A stretch of DNA of 35,204 nucleotides. Origin: an uncultured Planctomycetales bacterium. GTDB lineage: Bacteria > Omnitrophota > Gorgyraeia > Zapsychrales > Zapsychraceae. The notes beneath the pieces were generated by a model. It saw nothing but the letters and a program-made list of their open reading frames with translations. It was not told where the DNA came from and ran no database searches. The DNA lies in NCBI GenBank assembly GCA_964365515.1, contig CAYIQK010000001.1, forward strand, positions 1 through 35,204, in the 5' to 3' direction. Position 1 is the first letter of the stretch, and each line of letters opens with the position of its first letter. Made by a program: the position numbers and the translations under genes. Shown here one piece after another: positions 15,763-25,020 of the stretch.

Positions 15763-16115
15763 TTCTCCCCCCTCTCTATGCCCTGGATACTGACATTGAT
15801 ATCCTTCAGATTGACATCCACGGTCTTATCCAGCATCGAACGGACCACATCCTGAATCTGCCGCGCCATATCAGGGATGTTCATCCCGTACCGGACAAAG
15901 ACTTTGACGCCGATGGTGACATCATTGTTGTCATCGATATTGATTTCTATGCCGGCGGCATTGGGGCATCCCAAAAGATCCTTGAGACCGCCCCAAAAAT
16001 TTTTAGGCATCAAACTCGCCCCGTCGATACTCTCAATGGCCGCAGAGACGATATCCGCGAAAACCTTCTTATGAACATGCACGGATCCCATGTTGAGCTG
16101 ATTCAAGTTTCTCAT
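15759..16115 (-). CDS. Asp23/Gls24-family envelope stress protein
   Basis: 118 aa. Contains [21 protein letters not shown]...[23 protein letters not shown], which matches the Asp23 pattern. Confidence 0.85.
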   Translation of the reverse strand: MRNLNQLNMGSVHVHKKVFADIVSAAIESIDGASLMPKNFWGGLKDLLGCPNAAGIEINIDDNNDVTIGVKVFVRYGMNIPDMARQIQDVVRSMLDKTVDVNLKDINVSIQGIERGEK

Positions 16116-17473
16116 TTATGAACCTCCGCATCCGTTTTCATCATTTTCTCAAGAAAATGCGTAGAGATCTCGCCGTCCAAAAACAAATGGTGATTGACGA
16201 TCTCACTGTGCAGTCCAATCGTTGTCTTGATCGGACCCACGTAAAATTCCCCCAAGGCTCTGCTCATGATCTGGATGGCCTCGGGGCGGTCTTTCCCAAA
16301 CGTGATCAACTTCGCCACCATCGAGTCGTAGTGAGGACCGATTTCATAGCCCTGATAGATATGGGTGTCAACACGGACCCCGAATCCTCCGGGCAGGTTC
16401 AATTCCTCGATCCTCCCGGGGCAGGGCATGAAGTTATTCTGGGGATCCTCGGCATTGATGCGGCATTCGATGGCCGCCCCCCGGATTTGGACATCCTCCT
16501 GGCTGATTTTGAGTTTCTCTCCCGCCGCGATCTTGATCTGCTCTTTGACGATATCGATCCCTGTGACCATCTCCGTCACTGGATGTTCAACCTGGATACG
16601 GGTATTCATCTCCATGAAATAAAATTTACCGTTTTTATCCAGGAGGAATTCCACCGTCCCCACCCCCCTGTAGTCAACCGTTCGCGCGGCCAAGACTGCC
16701 GTCTCTCCCATGGTCTTGCGCAATGCGCTGTCTAAAGCCGGAGACGGTGCCTCCTCCAACAGTTTCTGATGACGCCTCTGGATACTGCAATCCCGTTCCC
16801 CCAAATGGATGACGTTCCCGTATTGATCCGCGACGATCTGAAATTCGATATGGCGCGGATCCTGGATGTATTTCTCGATATAGACATCCGAATTTCCGAA
16901 ATTCGCTTCCGCCTCGCTCTGCGCGACCGTAAAAGAACTCACCAGCGTGACGTCATTATGACAAACCCTCATACCCTTACCGCCGCCGCCCGCCGCCGCC
17001 TTGATGATCACCGGATACTTGATGTTTTTAGCAATCTCAATGGCCTCTTCCTTGCTTTTGATTATTCCCTTGCCGCCCGGTGTTAAAGGCACACCGATTT
17101 TACGCATGGTCTCCCGCGCCACGGCCTTATCCCCCATCGCCCGGATGGCCTGGGGAGTCGGACCGATGAAGGTGATGTTACACGACTCACAGATCTCGGC
17201 GAAATGGGCGTTTTCAGAGAGAAAACCATAGCCGGGATGAATCGCCTCCACATCCGTGATCTCGGCGGCGGAGATGATGGCGGGGATATTGAGGTAACTG
17301 TCTAAACTGGGCGGAGGGCCTATACAAACGGACTCGTCGGCAAACCGGACATGCAAAGAATCACGGTCGGCCTCCGAATAGACAGCCACCGTCTGAATAT
17401 TCAATTCCCGGCAGGCTCGGATCACCCTAAGGGCGATCTCCCCGCGATTGGCGATCAAAATCTTGGAAAACAT
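16112..17473 (-). CDS. accC: Acetyl-CoA carboxylase, biotin carboxylase subunit
   Basis: Contains [35 protein letters not shown] and an ATP-grasp layout. The track ORF (to 17593) carries a 40-aa upstream extension that overlaps accB. The ATG at 17473 is the canonical start. Confidence 0.95.
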   Translation of the reverse strand: MFSKILIANRGEIALRVIRACRELNIQTVAVYSEADRDSLHVRFADESVCIGPPPSLDSYLNIPAIISAAEITDVEAIHPGYGFLSENAHFAEICESCNITFIGPTPQAIRAMGDKAVARETMRKIGVPLTPGGKGIIKSKEEAIEIAKNIKYPVIIKAAAGGGGKGMRVCHNDVTLVSSFTVAQSEAEANFGNSDVYIEKYIQDPRHIEFQIVADQYGNVIHLGERDCSIQRRHQKLLEEAPSPALDSALRKTMGETAVLAARTVDYRGVGTVEFLLDKNGKFYFMEMNTRIQVEHPVTEMVTGIDIVKEQIKIAAGEKLKISQEDVQIRGAAIECRINAEDPQNNFMPCPGRIEELNLPGGFGVRVDTHIYQGYEIGPHYDSMVAKLITFGKDRPEAIQIMSRALGEFYVGPIKTTIGLHSEIVNHHLFLDGEISTHFLEKMMKTDAEVHK

Positions 17474-17489
17474 ATTTCGGGATTCTTCC

Positions 17490-17942
17490 CTACACAGGTT
17501 CAACAGAAAACAAGGTCTGGCCGAATTCGACAGGCTGCGCGTTTTCCACGTGGATTTGGGTGATCTTTCCACGGATTTCGGATTTGATCTCATTCATCAG
17601 CTTCATCGCTTCGACGATACATACAACCTGACCCACCTCAACGACCTGACCAACCTCGACGAACGCGGGCGCCTCCGGAGAGGGGGAGAGGTAAAAGGTC
17701 CCCACCATCGGCGATTTGATTTCCTTGCGGTTGGAACCCGCCTTGGAGGATTCTTCCTCAGCCTGCCCCATAGCGTCCGGCGTCTCGAGATGATATTCAA
17801 AAGACGGCCGGCGTAAGGGTTCTACAGCTTCGGCAAATGTCTTTTTGACCTTGATCTTGGTCCCTTCCCGTTCAACCTCAATCTCCGAAAGGTCATTCTC
17901 ATTCATCAGATTGATAATTTCGCGGATTTCTTTCAGGTTCAT
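17490..17942 (-). CDS. accB: Biotin carboxyl carrier protein
   Basis: The C-terminal biotinyl domain carries [12 protein letters not shown] (biotin-lysine K113). Confidence 0.93.
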   Translation of the reverse strand: MNLKEIREIINLMNENDLSEIEVEREGTKIKVKKTFAEAVEPLRRPSFEYHLETPDAMGQAEEESSKAGSNRKEIKSPMVGTFYLSPSPEAPAFVEVGQVVEVGQVVCIVEAMKLMNEIKSEIRGKITQIHVENAQPVEFGQTLFSVEPV

Positions 17943-18505
17943 CTTTGCACCCTTTCCACATATCCGCCGGTTCTGGTGTCAATCTTGATCCGGTCGCCGA
18001 TATTGATAAACAGAGGCACCTGGATGACTGTGCCGGTATCGATGGTGGCCGTTTTGGTCCCCGAACGCGTCGAATCCCCTTTGAATCCGGGTTCCGTGTG
18101 GGTGATTTCAGCGAGAATGAAGTTTGGCAACACGATTTTCAAGACCTCGTTGTGGTAACAAACGCCCACCACCTCGAGATTTTCCTGCAAGAATCTTAAG
18201 CTCTCGCCAATCACGTCCTCAGGGACAACGACCTCCTCATAGCTTTGGTGGTCCATGAAATGAAACATCTCACCGCTGCGGTAAAGGTACTGCAGCCGCT
18301 TTTCATCCAAGATGGCATCTTCCAGCTTGTCTGCAGTTCTGAAAGTCCGATCGAGTACCTGGCCGGTTTTAACATTCTTGATTTTCACGCGGACAAAGGC
18401 GCTTCCCTTGCCCGGTTTCACATGGTGGTATTCCAAAACCAGAAAAATATCGTTGTCAAAACGAAGGCCGATCCCGGATTCAATCTGATTAATGGATATC
18501 GTCAC
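17939..18505 (-). CDS. efp: Translation elongation factor P
   Basis: Contains YHHVKPGKGSAFVRVKIKNVKTGQV and a C-terminal OB-domain pattern. It uses a GTG start with GAGG 6 nt upstream. Confidence 0.95.
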   Translation of the reverse strand: MTISINQIESGIGLRFDNDIFLVLEYHHVKPGKGSAFVRVKIKNVKTGQVLDRTFRTADKLEDAILDEKRLQYLYRSGEMFHFMDHQSYEEVVVPEDVIGESLRFLQENLEVVGVCYHNEVLKIVLPNFILAEITHTEPGFKGDSTRSGTKTATIDTGTVIQVPLFINIGDRIKIDTRTGGYVERVQR

Positions 18506-19571
18506 TTAAAACCTCGCATCCTTTCTTGGTTACAAGAACCATATCTTCAATACGGATACCGAATTGGCGGGGGATATACACGGCCGGCTCGACGGTGATC
18601 ACCATTCCCTCCCTGAGGAGGAATGGGTTGTCTGCGCTGAGGCGGGGATTTTCATGGATTTCGAGTCCGACACCGTGTCCGAGGGCATGCCCAAAGTATT
18701 GAGCTAACTTATGTTCTGCTAAATAGTTACGTGCCGCCCGATCGATTTGTGAGATAGGAACTCCGGGCGCGATCTGCTCGATGGCTTTCCGCTGAGCGGC
18801 GGCCACAACAGCGTCTGTTTCCCTAACGAGCGGTGGTATTCTACCTAAAAAGAACATACGTGTCAAGTCGGACTTATAGCCATTTTGGTCAATTCCCACG
18901 TCGACCAAGACCACATCATCCCGACGGATCTTGCGTTGCGTGACCTTGGCGTGCGGGTAGCAGGCATTCGTGCCGCCGGCCACAATCGGATCGAAGGAAA
19001 ACTTGACACCCCTCATCCTGATGAATTCCTCCAGACGCATCAAAATCTCATTTTCAGATAACCCAGGTTTAAGAATTCTTTTTAGAAAGGCGTGCATCTG
19101 CTTGTGAACGGCCAGGGCCTGACGGATTTTCTTAACTTCTTGAGGTTCTTTGAGTTCTCGCAAACGCTCGACAAGCTGATCCGTTCTGACTAAGTTCAAA
19201 GACGGCGGGCTTTTTTTCTTCAATGATTCAAACTGAAAGAGGCTCAGATGACGCGCATCAATGCCGACTCTCCTGACCCCCAAGCGGCGGGTGATCTGCG
19301 CAAAGGCCTCATCAATCGACTTTTGGTATTGAATGACAGTGACTCCCTTGAGCCCTTTCTTGGCCTCAAGAACATAACGAAAATCCGTGAGATAAAACAC
19401 CTCGTGAGGACACACCAAAAGCCAAGACTCCGAGGCCGGAAAAGTGGTGAGATACGAGATATTGATGTCCTTGGTGACTAAAAACGCATCGATCCCGCTA
19501 GGGGCAAAGGAAAATCTGAGTTTTTTGACTCTTGGATTCACAGTGGAAAAGTTATTTTTTGATAAGATCAA
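18489..19571 (-). CDS. pepP: Xaa-Pro aminopeptidase (M24B)
   Basis: The creatinase-like N-domain is followed by a pita-bread domain with metal ligands (VLVDVG..., [26 protein letters not shown]). The start is either TTG 19571 or GTG 19541. Confidence 0.88.
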   Translation of the reverse strand: MILSKNNFSTVNPRVKKLRFSFAPSGIDAFLVTKDINISYLTTFPASESWLLVCPHEVFYLTDFRYVLEAKKGLKGVTVIQYQKSIDEAFAQITRRLGVRRVGIDARHLSLFQFESLKKKSPPSLNLVRTDQLVERLRELKEPQEVKKIRQALAVHKQMHAFLKRILKPGLSENEILMRLEEFIRMRGVKFSFDPIVAGGTNACYPHAKVTQRKIRRDDVVLVDVGIDQNGYKSDLTRMFFLGRIPPLVRETDAVVAAAQRKAIEQIAPGVPISQIDRAARNYLAEHKLAQYFGHALGHGVGLEIHENPRLSADNPFLLREGMVITVEPAVYIPRQFGIRIEDMVLVTKKGCEVLSDDIH

Positions 19572-19992
19572 TGATCGCGCGCAGTCCGAGGATATAACTG
19601 TTGGTCTTGAACCCGCTGATCTGGCCTTGGCAGACCGGGGCGATCAGGGATGTGCGGCGAAAGTCTTCCCTGGCATAGATGTTGGAGAGATGCACCTCAA
19701 CCGCAGGGATGTCCACGGCGGCAATGGCGTCGCGGATGGCGACGCTCGTATGCGTGTAAGCGGCGGGGTTGATGAGGATGGCCAGAAACCCATCCTTTTG
19801 GGCCCTGCCAATGGTGTCGACAATCTCCCCCTCATGATTGGACTGCAGGATATTCAGCTGAACCCCTTCGGTTTTGGCCAACCTTTGCAGTGCGTTGTTG
19901 ATCTCTTCAAGGGTGGTTTGTCCGTAAATGTCTTTCTCGCGTTGTCCCAGAAGGTTCAAATTTGGGCCGTGAATGACTAAAATTTTATTCAA
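19552..19992 (-). CDS. aroQ: Type II 3-dehydroquinate dehydratase
   Basis: Contains [37 protein letters not shown] and VEVHLSNI. It uses a TTG start with GGAGG 4 nt upstream. Confidence 0.93.
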   Translation of the reverse strand: MNKILVIHGPNLNLLGQREKDIYGQTTLEEINNALQRLAKTEGVQLNILQSNHEGEIVDTIGRAQKDGFLAILINPAAYTHTSVAIRDAIAAVDIPAVEVHLSNIYAREDFRRTSLIAPVCQGQISGFKTNSYILGLRAIIDLIKK

Positions 19993-20013
19993 TTTGCCTC
20001 CATTGTTTTATCA

Positions 20014-20175
20014 CTATTTACCCATCTGTGCTTCCTCCACCAGCATAATGGGGATGCCGTCTTTGACCGGATACCAGCGGCCGCATTGGGTGCAAACGAT
20101 TTTTTCGCCCTCTTGCCGCACACTCCCGCGGCAGGCGGGACAGGCTAAAATCTCCAACAGCTCTTGATCAATCAT
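20014..20175 (-). CDS. Trm112/YcaR (UPF0434)-like small zinc-ribbon protein
   Basis: Absent from the ORF track at 53 aa. The minus strand encodes MIDQELLEILACPACRGSVRQEGEKIVCTQCGRWYPVKDGIPIMLVEEAQMGK. The pattern LLxILxCPxC...C..C...Y.I.DGIP.ML is the Trm112 family signature. Its ATG overlaps the upstream TGA (ATGA). Confidence 0.75.
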   Translation of the reverse strand: MIDQELLEILACPACRGSVRQEGEKIVCTQCGRWYPVKDGIPIMLVEEAQMGK

Positions 20176-20609
20176 GCGATTCCCTCTTTCTGGACCAGAT
20201 CCACATATCGCATCTGCAATTCATAGGCCGCCGTATTAAGCACGTCGCTTTCCTTCTTGGTCAAATTCCCCTTTGTTTTTTCCTGAAGCAAGATCAATGT
20301 ATCAATGACAAACTTGGCCTGCTCCAAATTTTTTTCGCTGGCGTTCGTGGCGGGATTGGGAATTTCCCCTAAAAAAACCATCGCCTGATACCCCAGAGTT
20401 GTGATGTAGTTGAGAAAATCAGCCTCCCGGCCGCCGTGAGACTGATCGTCTTCGGCGCCAGGAGAAGATGCCGCGCCCTGTTCTTTGTCTGGACGAGCCT
20501 GACCGAAGGGTTTCTTCGCTTCTCCCTCATTCATCAGGATCTCAAGCCGATCCTTCTCCTGGGCGGCGCTTTCTTTCCACGATTCATCAACCGATTTTTC
20601 TCGTTCCAT
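20172..20609 (-). CDS. DUF1844-like protein of unknown function
   Basis: An acidic N-terminus is followed by FLNYITTLGYQAMVFLGEIPNP...EQAKFVIDTLILLQEKTKGNLT, which matches my memory of the DUF1844 consensus. Confidence 0.65.
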   Translation of the reverse strand: MEREKSVDESWKESAAQEKDRLEILMNEGEAKKPFGQARPDKEQGAASSPGAEDDQSHGGREADFLNYITTLGYQAMVFLGEIPNPATNASEKNLEQAKFVIDTLILLQEKTKGNLTKKESDVLNTAAYELQMRYVDLVQKEGIA

Positions 20610-20668
20610 ATTTGGTGTCCTTTAAGGTTACAAAGTTACCGTCAGAATATCACTCCTAAGCCCTGCTG

Positions 20669-21379
20669 TCAATTCTTCGAACTCTCCTCTCCCACCTCAA
20701 AAGAAATGATGACATTGAAAGTCAACTCCGGATAATCCAGTTCATGAGGAAATGAAGGAAACGGCGCGGAATTTTCGATGCTGCGCACCCCGATCTCCTG
20801 CAAATACCTGTTCGCGGAAGTCCGGCTGGCAATGACTTTCACATTCCGCAGGACTCCGCTGGATGCCAGCACAAAGGTCAGATACACCTCACCCGACGTA
20901 AAATCGGGGTGATCGACATAAGAATAAGCCGTCTGTTTGATCCTCTGGCGAATGTCTTCGTTATAATCCAAATACCTCGGGTTTGTGATCTTCTCCGATT
21001 CCAAAAGCGGGATGACAACCCTGCGGTCTAAATCCAATGTCTGAATTGTGGGGATCTTCTTTTTATCCAAATCCAACCTCTGCGTCAATTTGGAGATATC
21101 CTTGATGTCATTGGCGATGGAAGAAGAACCCTCGGATGTCTTGGAAAAAACCTTGATATCCTGCGCCGGCAATTTCTGTTTCATGACCCGCACATCCCTG
21201 AATGAGGCATCTTTTCTCGGAGCCGGCTCTTTCTTTACGGTCTGATAAGTCACCTCGATGGGCTTCAACGGTTTTGGAAATATCTTAACGCCTGCCGTGG
21301 CAACAGAAAAATAGAGAATGGTCAGAAGATGAATCGCAAACGAGGCCGTCAGGCCGCAATAAAAAAGTTTATTTTCCAT
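20669..21379 (-). CDS. TonB C-terminal-domain protein (TonB-like energy transducer)
   Basis: The N-terminal TM helix is LFYCGLTASFAIHLLTILYF. The C-terminus GEVYLTFVLASSGVLRNVKVIASRTSANRYLQEIGVRSIENSAPFPSFP...FNVIISFEV fits the TonB_C pattern. The ATG at 21379 is preferred; the track start at 21418 overlaps GT2 by 50 nt. Confidence 0.6.
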   Translation of the reverse strand: MENKLFYCGLTASFAIHLLTILYFSVATAGVKIFPKPLKPIEVTYQTVKKEPAPRKDASFRDVRVMKQKLPAQDIKVFSKTSEGSSSIANDIKDISKLTQRLDLDKKKIPTIQTLDLDRRVVIPLLESEKITNPRYLDYNEDIRQRIKQTAYSYVDHPDFTSGEVYLTFVLASSGVLRNVKVIASRTSANRYLQEIGVRSIENSAPFPSFPHELDYPELTFNVIISFEVGEESSKN

Positions 21380-22052
21380 GATCCTTTGAGGAACACAACT
21401 CTTTGGTAAAATAAGCAAGAAACCGAACGGTGTCTTTCAGGGGGTTGATCTTGCTTTCTTCATCCTGATAAATCGTTTTGATGGGGACGGAATAAATCCG
21501 GCATCCTCGCTTGGCCGCCTTCATGAGCATCTCGGTTTCGATCTCAAAGTCATCGCAATTCAAAGAGATGTTTCTCAAGACCCCGGTGTCGATATACCGG
21601 TATCCGCACTGGGTATCCGGAATCCTCTGTCCGCAGGCAAGGGAAATGATCGCAGACATCAAGCGGTTGGTCAGATACCGGATCCAAGGCATCCCGTCCG
21701 GTTTGGCCATCCGGTTGCCCACAATCACGCCGGGACGCTCCCGCTCGACCAGCCGGATGAACTGTTCTAAGTCCGCGGCGTCGTGCTGGCCGTCGCCGTC
21801 CATTGTGACAACGCCGTCATATCCGCGCTCGACGATGTGCCGGAACCCGTCGCGCAGGGACTGCCCCTTGCCCTTTTTGGTATCATGCCGGAGGACTGTC
21901 GCGCCCTTTTGGCTGGCAATCGCGCCGGAATCATCCGTCGACCCGTCATCGACCACAACAACATCCAGATTCCGCTTGCGCAGGGATTCAACCACAGACC
22001 CGATCGCCTGGGATTCGTTGAGAACGGGAATCAGGACGCAAATCTTAGTCAT
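21369..22052 (-). CDS. Family 2 glycosyltransferase (polyprenol-phosphate sugar synthase-like)
   Basis: Contains ICVLIPVLNE, VVVVDDGSTDDS and MDGDGQHD (DxD), which together form a GT-A/GT2 signature. Confidence 0.85.
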   Translation of the reverse strand: MTKICVLIPVLNESQAIGSVVESLRKRNLDVVVVDDGSTDDSGAIASQKGATVLRHDTKKGKGQSLRDGFRHIVERGYDGVVTMDGDGQHDAADLEQFIRLVERERPGVIVGNRMAKPDGMPWIRYLTNRLMSAIISLACGQRIPDTQCGYRYIDTGVLRNISLNCDDFEIETEMLMKAAKRGCRIYSVPIKTIYQDEESKINPLKDTVRFLAYFTKELCSSKDHGK

Positions 22053-22055
22053 AAA

Positions 22056-22940
22056 CTATTCTTTCTTGGATTCGGGGGATACGGCAAAATCCCGAAACAA
22101 TAGCCACTGGGTGGGATACCGGCGGATTTGCGCTTCAATCACGGCCAGATACCGGCGCATGATCTCCCGCACAGCCTCCTCTTCGGGAATCCCTTCCTCT
22201 TCTGCCGGTGGAAACATCGGTTCGAGAATGGAAAGCCGGAACGTATCATCCGGATCGCGGATCAGAAACGTCGGCAGAATCGGCGCCCCGGTCTTTTGGG
22301 AAAACATGGCGGCCCCTTTTGGGATGAGCGCCTTGACCCCAAAAAAATCCATCAATTCGCCGCCCTTGACCGTAAAATCGCGGTCGGCAACTATGGCGAT
22401 GATCTTATTGCCCTTGAGATGTTCCATGCATTTACGGATGGCGTTGTGAGTAGGGACAACCGTGATCCCCTTAAACTCCCTCTGGTGATTGAACAAATCA
22501 TTGACGGGCCGCTCCTTGTGCGGCAAGGCGACGGCCATGATCGGATACCCCAGCACACTCAACAGAACAGCTCCCAGTTCCCAGTTGCCGATATGGGCCG
22601 TGACGACAATGCCCCCCTTGCCCGCCTTGAGCGCCTGCTGGACACTTCCACTGTTTTCGATTTTGATTTTGCGCGCGATAAAATCCTTGTCGATCATCTG
22701 CTCCATGCGCAGGAATTCCACCAAATATTTCCCGAAATTCCGGAACACCTCGCGGGTCATGCCCTGAACATTTTCCACACCCGGCATAATTTTCTTCAAA
22801 TTCCTGCACACAGCCCTCCGGTCCCGAAATGAAAAAAGGTAATGCAAATCCGACAGGATGATGCCCAGCTGATACGAAGTCTGAAGCGACAGGCGGTTGA
22901 CGAGGCAATGGGCGAACTTATACATGCAATATTTAAACAT
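22056..22940 (-). CDS. Lysophospholipid/lipid A-type acyltransferase (LPLAT, LpxL/HtrB-like)
   Basis: 294 aa. Contains VTAHIGNWELG (the Hx4E/D acyltransferase motif), an N-terminal membrane-association segment and an LpxL-like length. Confidence 0.8.
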   Translation of the reverse strand: MFKYCMYKFAHCLVNRLSLQTSYQLGIILSDLHYLFSFRDRRAVCRNLKKIMPGVENVQGMTREVFRNFGKYLVEFLRMEQMIDKDFIARKIKIENSGSVQQALKAGKGGIVVTAHIGNWELGAVLLSVLGYPIMAVALPHKERPVNDLFNHQREFKGITVVPTHNAIRKCMEHLKGNKIIAIVADRDFTVKGGELMDFFGVKALIPKGAAMFSQKTGAPILPTFLIRDPDDTFRLSILEPMFPPAEEEGIPEEEAVREIMRRYLAVIEAQIRRYPTQWLLFRDFAVSPESKKE

Positions 22941-24372
22941 GACCGCTTAGGGCTTCACCGCAGTTTGTTGCCGCGGGGCACGCCGATCCTTCCGGCATAC
23001 TTAAGATCAGTCGGGCGATATCGAGCGCCGCTTGAGGCTTGGCATTCTCCAAGGCGGCCTTTCGCATGGCCGCCAGCCGCTCGGGGGATTTGAGCAGGAT
23101 CTCCACTTCTTCGCCGATGTCGTTGGTGTCATCGATGCGGACTCCTACCCCTTTTTTAAGAAGAAAATCCGTATTGCGCATTTCTTGACCCGGGATAGGA
23201 TTGATAATGATCATCGGCAGACCCTTGGCCAAGGATTCCGCCGTTGTCATGCCGCCGGGTTTGGTGATGATCAGATCGGCCACTTCCATCAATTCCTCGA
23301 CATTCGTGACGAATTCAAAAATCAATATCGTCTTATCGGTCTTACGGGCATACCGGCGCAGACTGTTGACGATCTTTGTGTTAACACCGGCGAGGACAAT
23401 GATCTGAAGCTGCATATTCACCTTGCCCAGCGATTTGACGATTTTCTTGATCGGGCCTAACCCCTGCCCGCCCCCCATCACAAGGATGGCCGGCACCTGC
23501 GGATTCAGCCCCAGCTTTTGTGCGATTGTTGCGCGCTCCAACGGCACGCCGAATCTCGGACGAAGAGGAATACCGTAAACCTTGATGATATCGGCACGGA
23601 CGCCCTTCGCCACAAGACGATCTTTCACCTCCGCGGACGGAACGACATAATAGTCCACCCCCTCGTTCAGCCAGTAGGAATGGGGCGCGAAATCCGTCAA
23701 GACCCCGATAATCTTAGTATTCAAATGGTGCACTATTTTGTAATCCGCCACCATCCCGCAGGGAAACGCCTGGGTGCAAACAATCACATCTGGCCGGTAG
23801 CTTTTGATCAAGTTGGCAATCTTCGCATGGCTTGTCTTGTGCAAAAATTTTTTGATGGGTTCGGATTGCTTGAATATCTGTGGATTGTCATAAAGGTAGT
23901 CCCAGACCTTCGGCGTCCTTTTGATGACGCTCATGTAGGCCTTATTGATTATCTTCTCAAGGATGGGATAAGTGTAGCCGAAGCCGTTGATCGCCGGGGC
24001 CTCGATGTCCGGGTCGATCTGATGCAGGGCCTGCTGGATCGCGAGGGTCGCCTGCCGGTGGCCGGAGACCTTCGTGATGTACATCAACAGAACGCGTCTT
24101 TTGTTCTGTGTGAGAGGTTCAGGCTCAATCGCCCCGAGGGCCTCGCCGATTCTCGCTTCCTGGCCGTCCTTGACTAAAATCTCCCGCAAAATTCCGCAGG
24201 CGCCAGCCGGGATATTGAACGAGGCCTTATCGGTCACGACCTCAACAACGTCATCATCCTCTTCCACTTGGTCGCCTTCCTTGCGATGCCAGCAGGCCAC
24301 GGTGGCCTTTTCGATTCCCTCGCCTAAGTCGGGCAGTGTGACAAAACTCATACAATCCTTATTGGTAACCAT
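22933..24372 (-). CDS. Fusion protein: N-terminal E2-type lipoyl-attachment domain plus an MGDG-synthase-like/GT28 diacylglycerol glycosyltransferase
   Basis: The N-terminus FVTLPDLGEGIEKATVACWHRKEGDQVEEDDDVVEVVTDKASFNIPAGACGILREILVKDGQEARIGEALGAIE is a canonical lipoyl domain with TDKA. After a PEPLTQNK linker comes RVLLMYITKVSGHRQATLAIQQAL...QAFPCGM (MGDG_synth-like N-domain), then ILVMGGGQG...ITKPGGMTTAESLAKGLPMIIINPIPGQE (GT28 C-domain). It is one uninterrupted 479-codon frame. Confidence 0.85.
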   Translation of the reverse strand: MVTNKDCMSFVTLPDLGEGIEKATVACWHRKEGDQVEEDDDVVEVVTDKASFNIPAGACGILREILVKDGQEARIGEALGAIEPEPLTQNKRRVLLMYITKVSGHRQATLAIQQALHQIDPDIEAPAINGFGYTYPILEKIINKAYMSVIKRTPKVWDYLYDNPQIFKQSEPIKKFLHKTSHAKIANLIKSYRPDVIVCTQAFPCGMVADYKIVHHLNTKIIGVLTDFAPHSYWLNEGVDYYVVPSAEVKDRLVAKGVRADIIKVYGIPLRPRFGVPLERATIAQKLGLNPQVPAILVMGGGQGLGPIKKIVKSLGKVNMQLQIIVLAGVNTKIVNSLRRYARKTDKTILIFEFVTNVEELMEVADLIITKPGGMTTAESLAKGLPMIIINPIPGQEMRNTDFLLKKGVGVRIDDTNDIGEEVEILLKSPERLAAMRKAALENAKPQAALDIARLILSMPEGSACPAATNCGEALSGHV

Positions 24373-24387
24373 TCACTATTCACCAAC

Positions 24388-25020
24388 TCACAGCAACCCA
24401 AATTCCCTGCTAAAACATTCAATCAGCCGTTCCTTGACATCCCTCATATCCACTTCTTCACCTTTGACACGGACCATCGAGGTCATCCGGACATCCAGCC
24501 CACAGGGTTTGATCCATTCAAACAATTTCAAATCCGTATGGACGTTGATTGCCAGACCGTGAAATGTCACCCACTTCTTGACCCCCACGCCGAGGGAGGC
24601 GATCTTCTCCCCGGCGACCCACACCCCGGTCAGACTAGAAATTCTATTAGCCACTATACCAAAACTCCTCAATAAATCAATGGCAACTTGTTCTAACTTC
24701 TGTATATAAAGCCGTAAATCACGACTGCTCTGCGCCAGGTTCAAGATTGGGTAAACCACCAACTGCCCCGGGGCATGGAGCGTCACATCCCCCCCCCGAT
24801 CAATGGGGACAACGCGGATGCCCGATCGCTCAATCGCCTCGCGGTCTAAAATGTTCGCCTCTTGGGCTAACCGGCCCAGAGTGATCACAGCCGGGTGCTC
24901 ACACAAAAGAATCGTCTGCGCCCCGCCCGCCAGCACCCGCATCACAGACTCTTTCTGAATCCGGTACGCCGCGTCGTAGTCAATCAGGCCTAAGTCTTGG
25001 ACTTCATAGATATTTTGCAT
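24388..25020 (-). CDS. lipB: Octanoyl-[ACP]:protein N-octanoyltransferase
   Basis: 210 aa. Contains LLCEHPAVITLGR, RGGDVTLHAPGQLVVYPIL and KIASLGV...HGLAINV, the LipB pattern including the catalytic C in KPCGL. Confidence 0.9.
   Translation of the reverse strand: MQNIYEVQDLGLIDYDAAYRIQKESVMRVLAGGAQTILLCEHPAVITLGRLAQEANILDREAIERSGIRVVPIDRGGDVTLHAPGQLVVYPILNLAQSSRDLRLYIQKLEQVAIDLLRSFGIVANRISSLTGVWVAGEKIASLGVGVKKWVTFHGLAINVHTDLKLFEWIKPCGLDVRMTSMVRVKGEEVDMRDVKERLIECFSREFGLL

Noticed and set aside
17474-17593. 40-aa N-terminal extension of the accC ORF in the track. Analogous extensions exist for rpsD (30882..30983) and rpsM (31751..31822).
   Set aside because: The extensions overlap the upstream genes (accB, rpsK, rpmJ) and are not homologous to anything. 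The canonical N-termini ([37 protein letters not shown]) begin at internal ATGs.
17622-17660. Imperfect 18-nt tandem repeat encoding [12 protein letters not shown] in accB
   Set aside because: It falls on the conserved V.vG..V..Gq..C.vEAMK stretch just before the biotinyl lysine. The periodicity is intrinsic to the biotinyl-domain hammerhead and is not an insertion or a repeat element.
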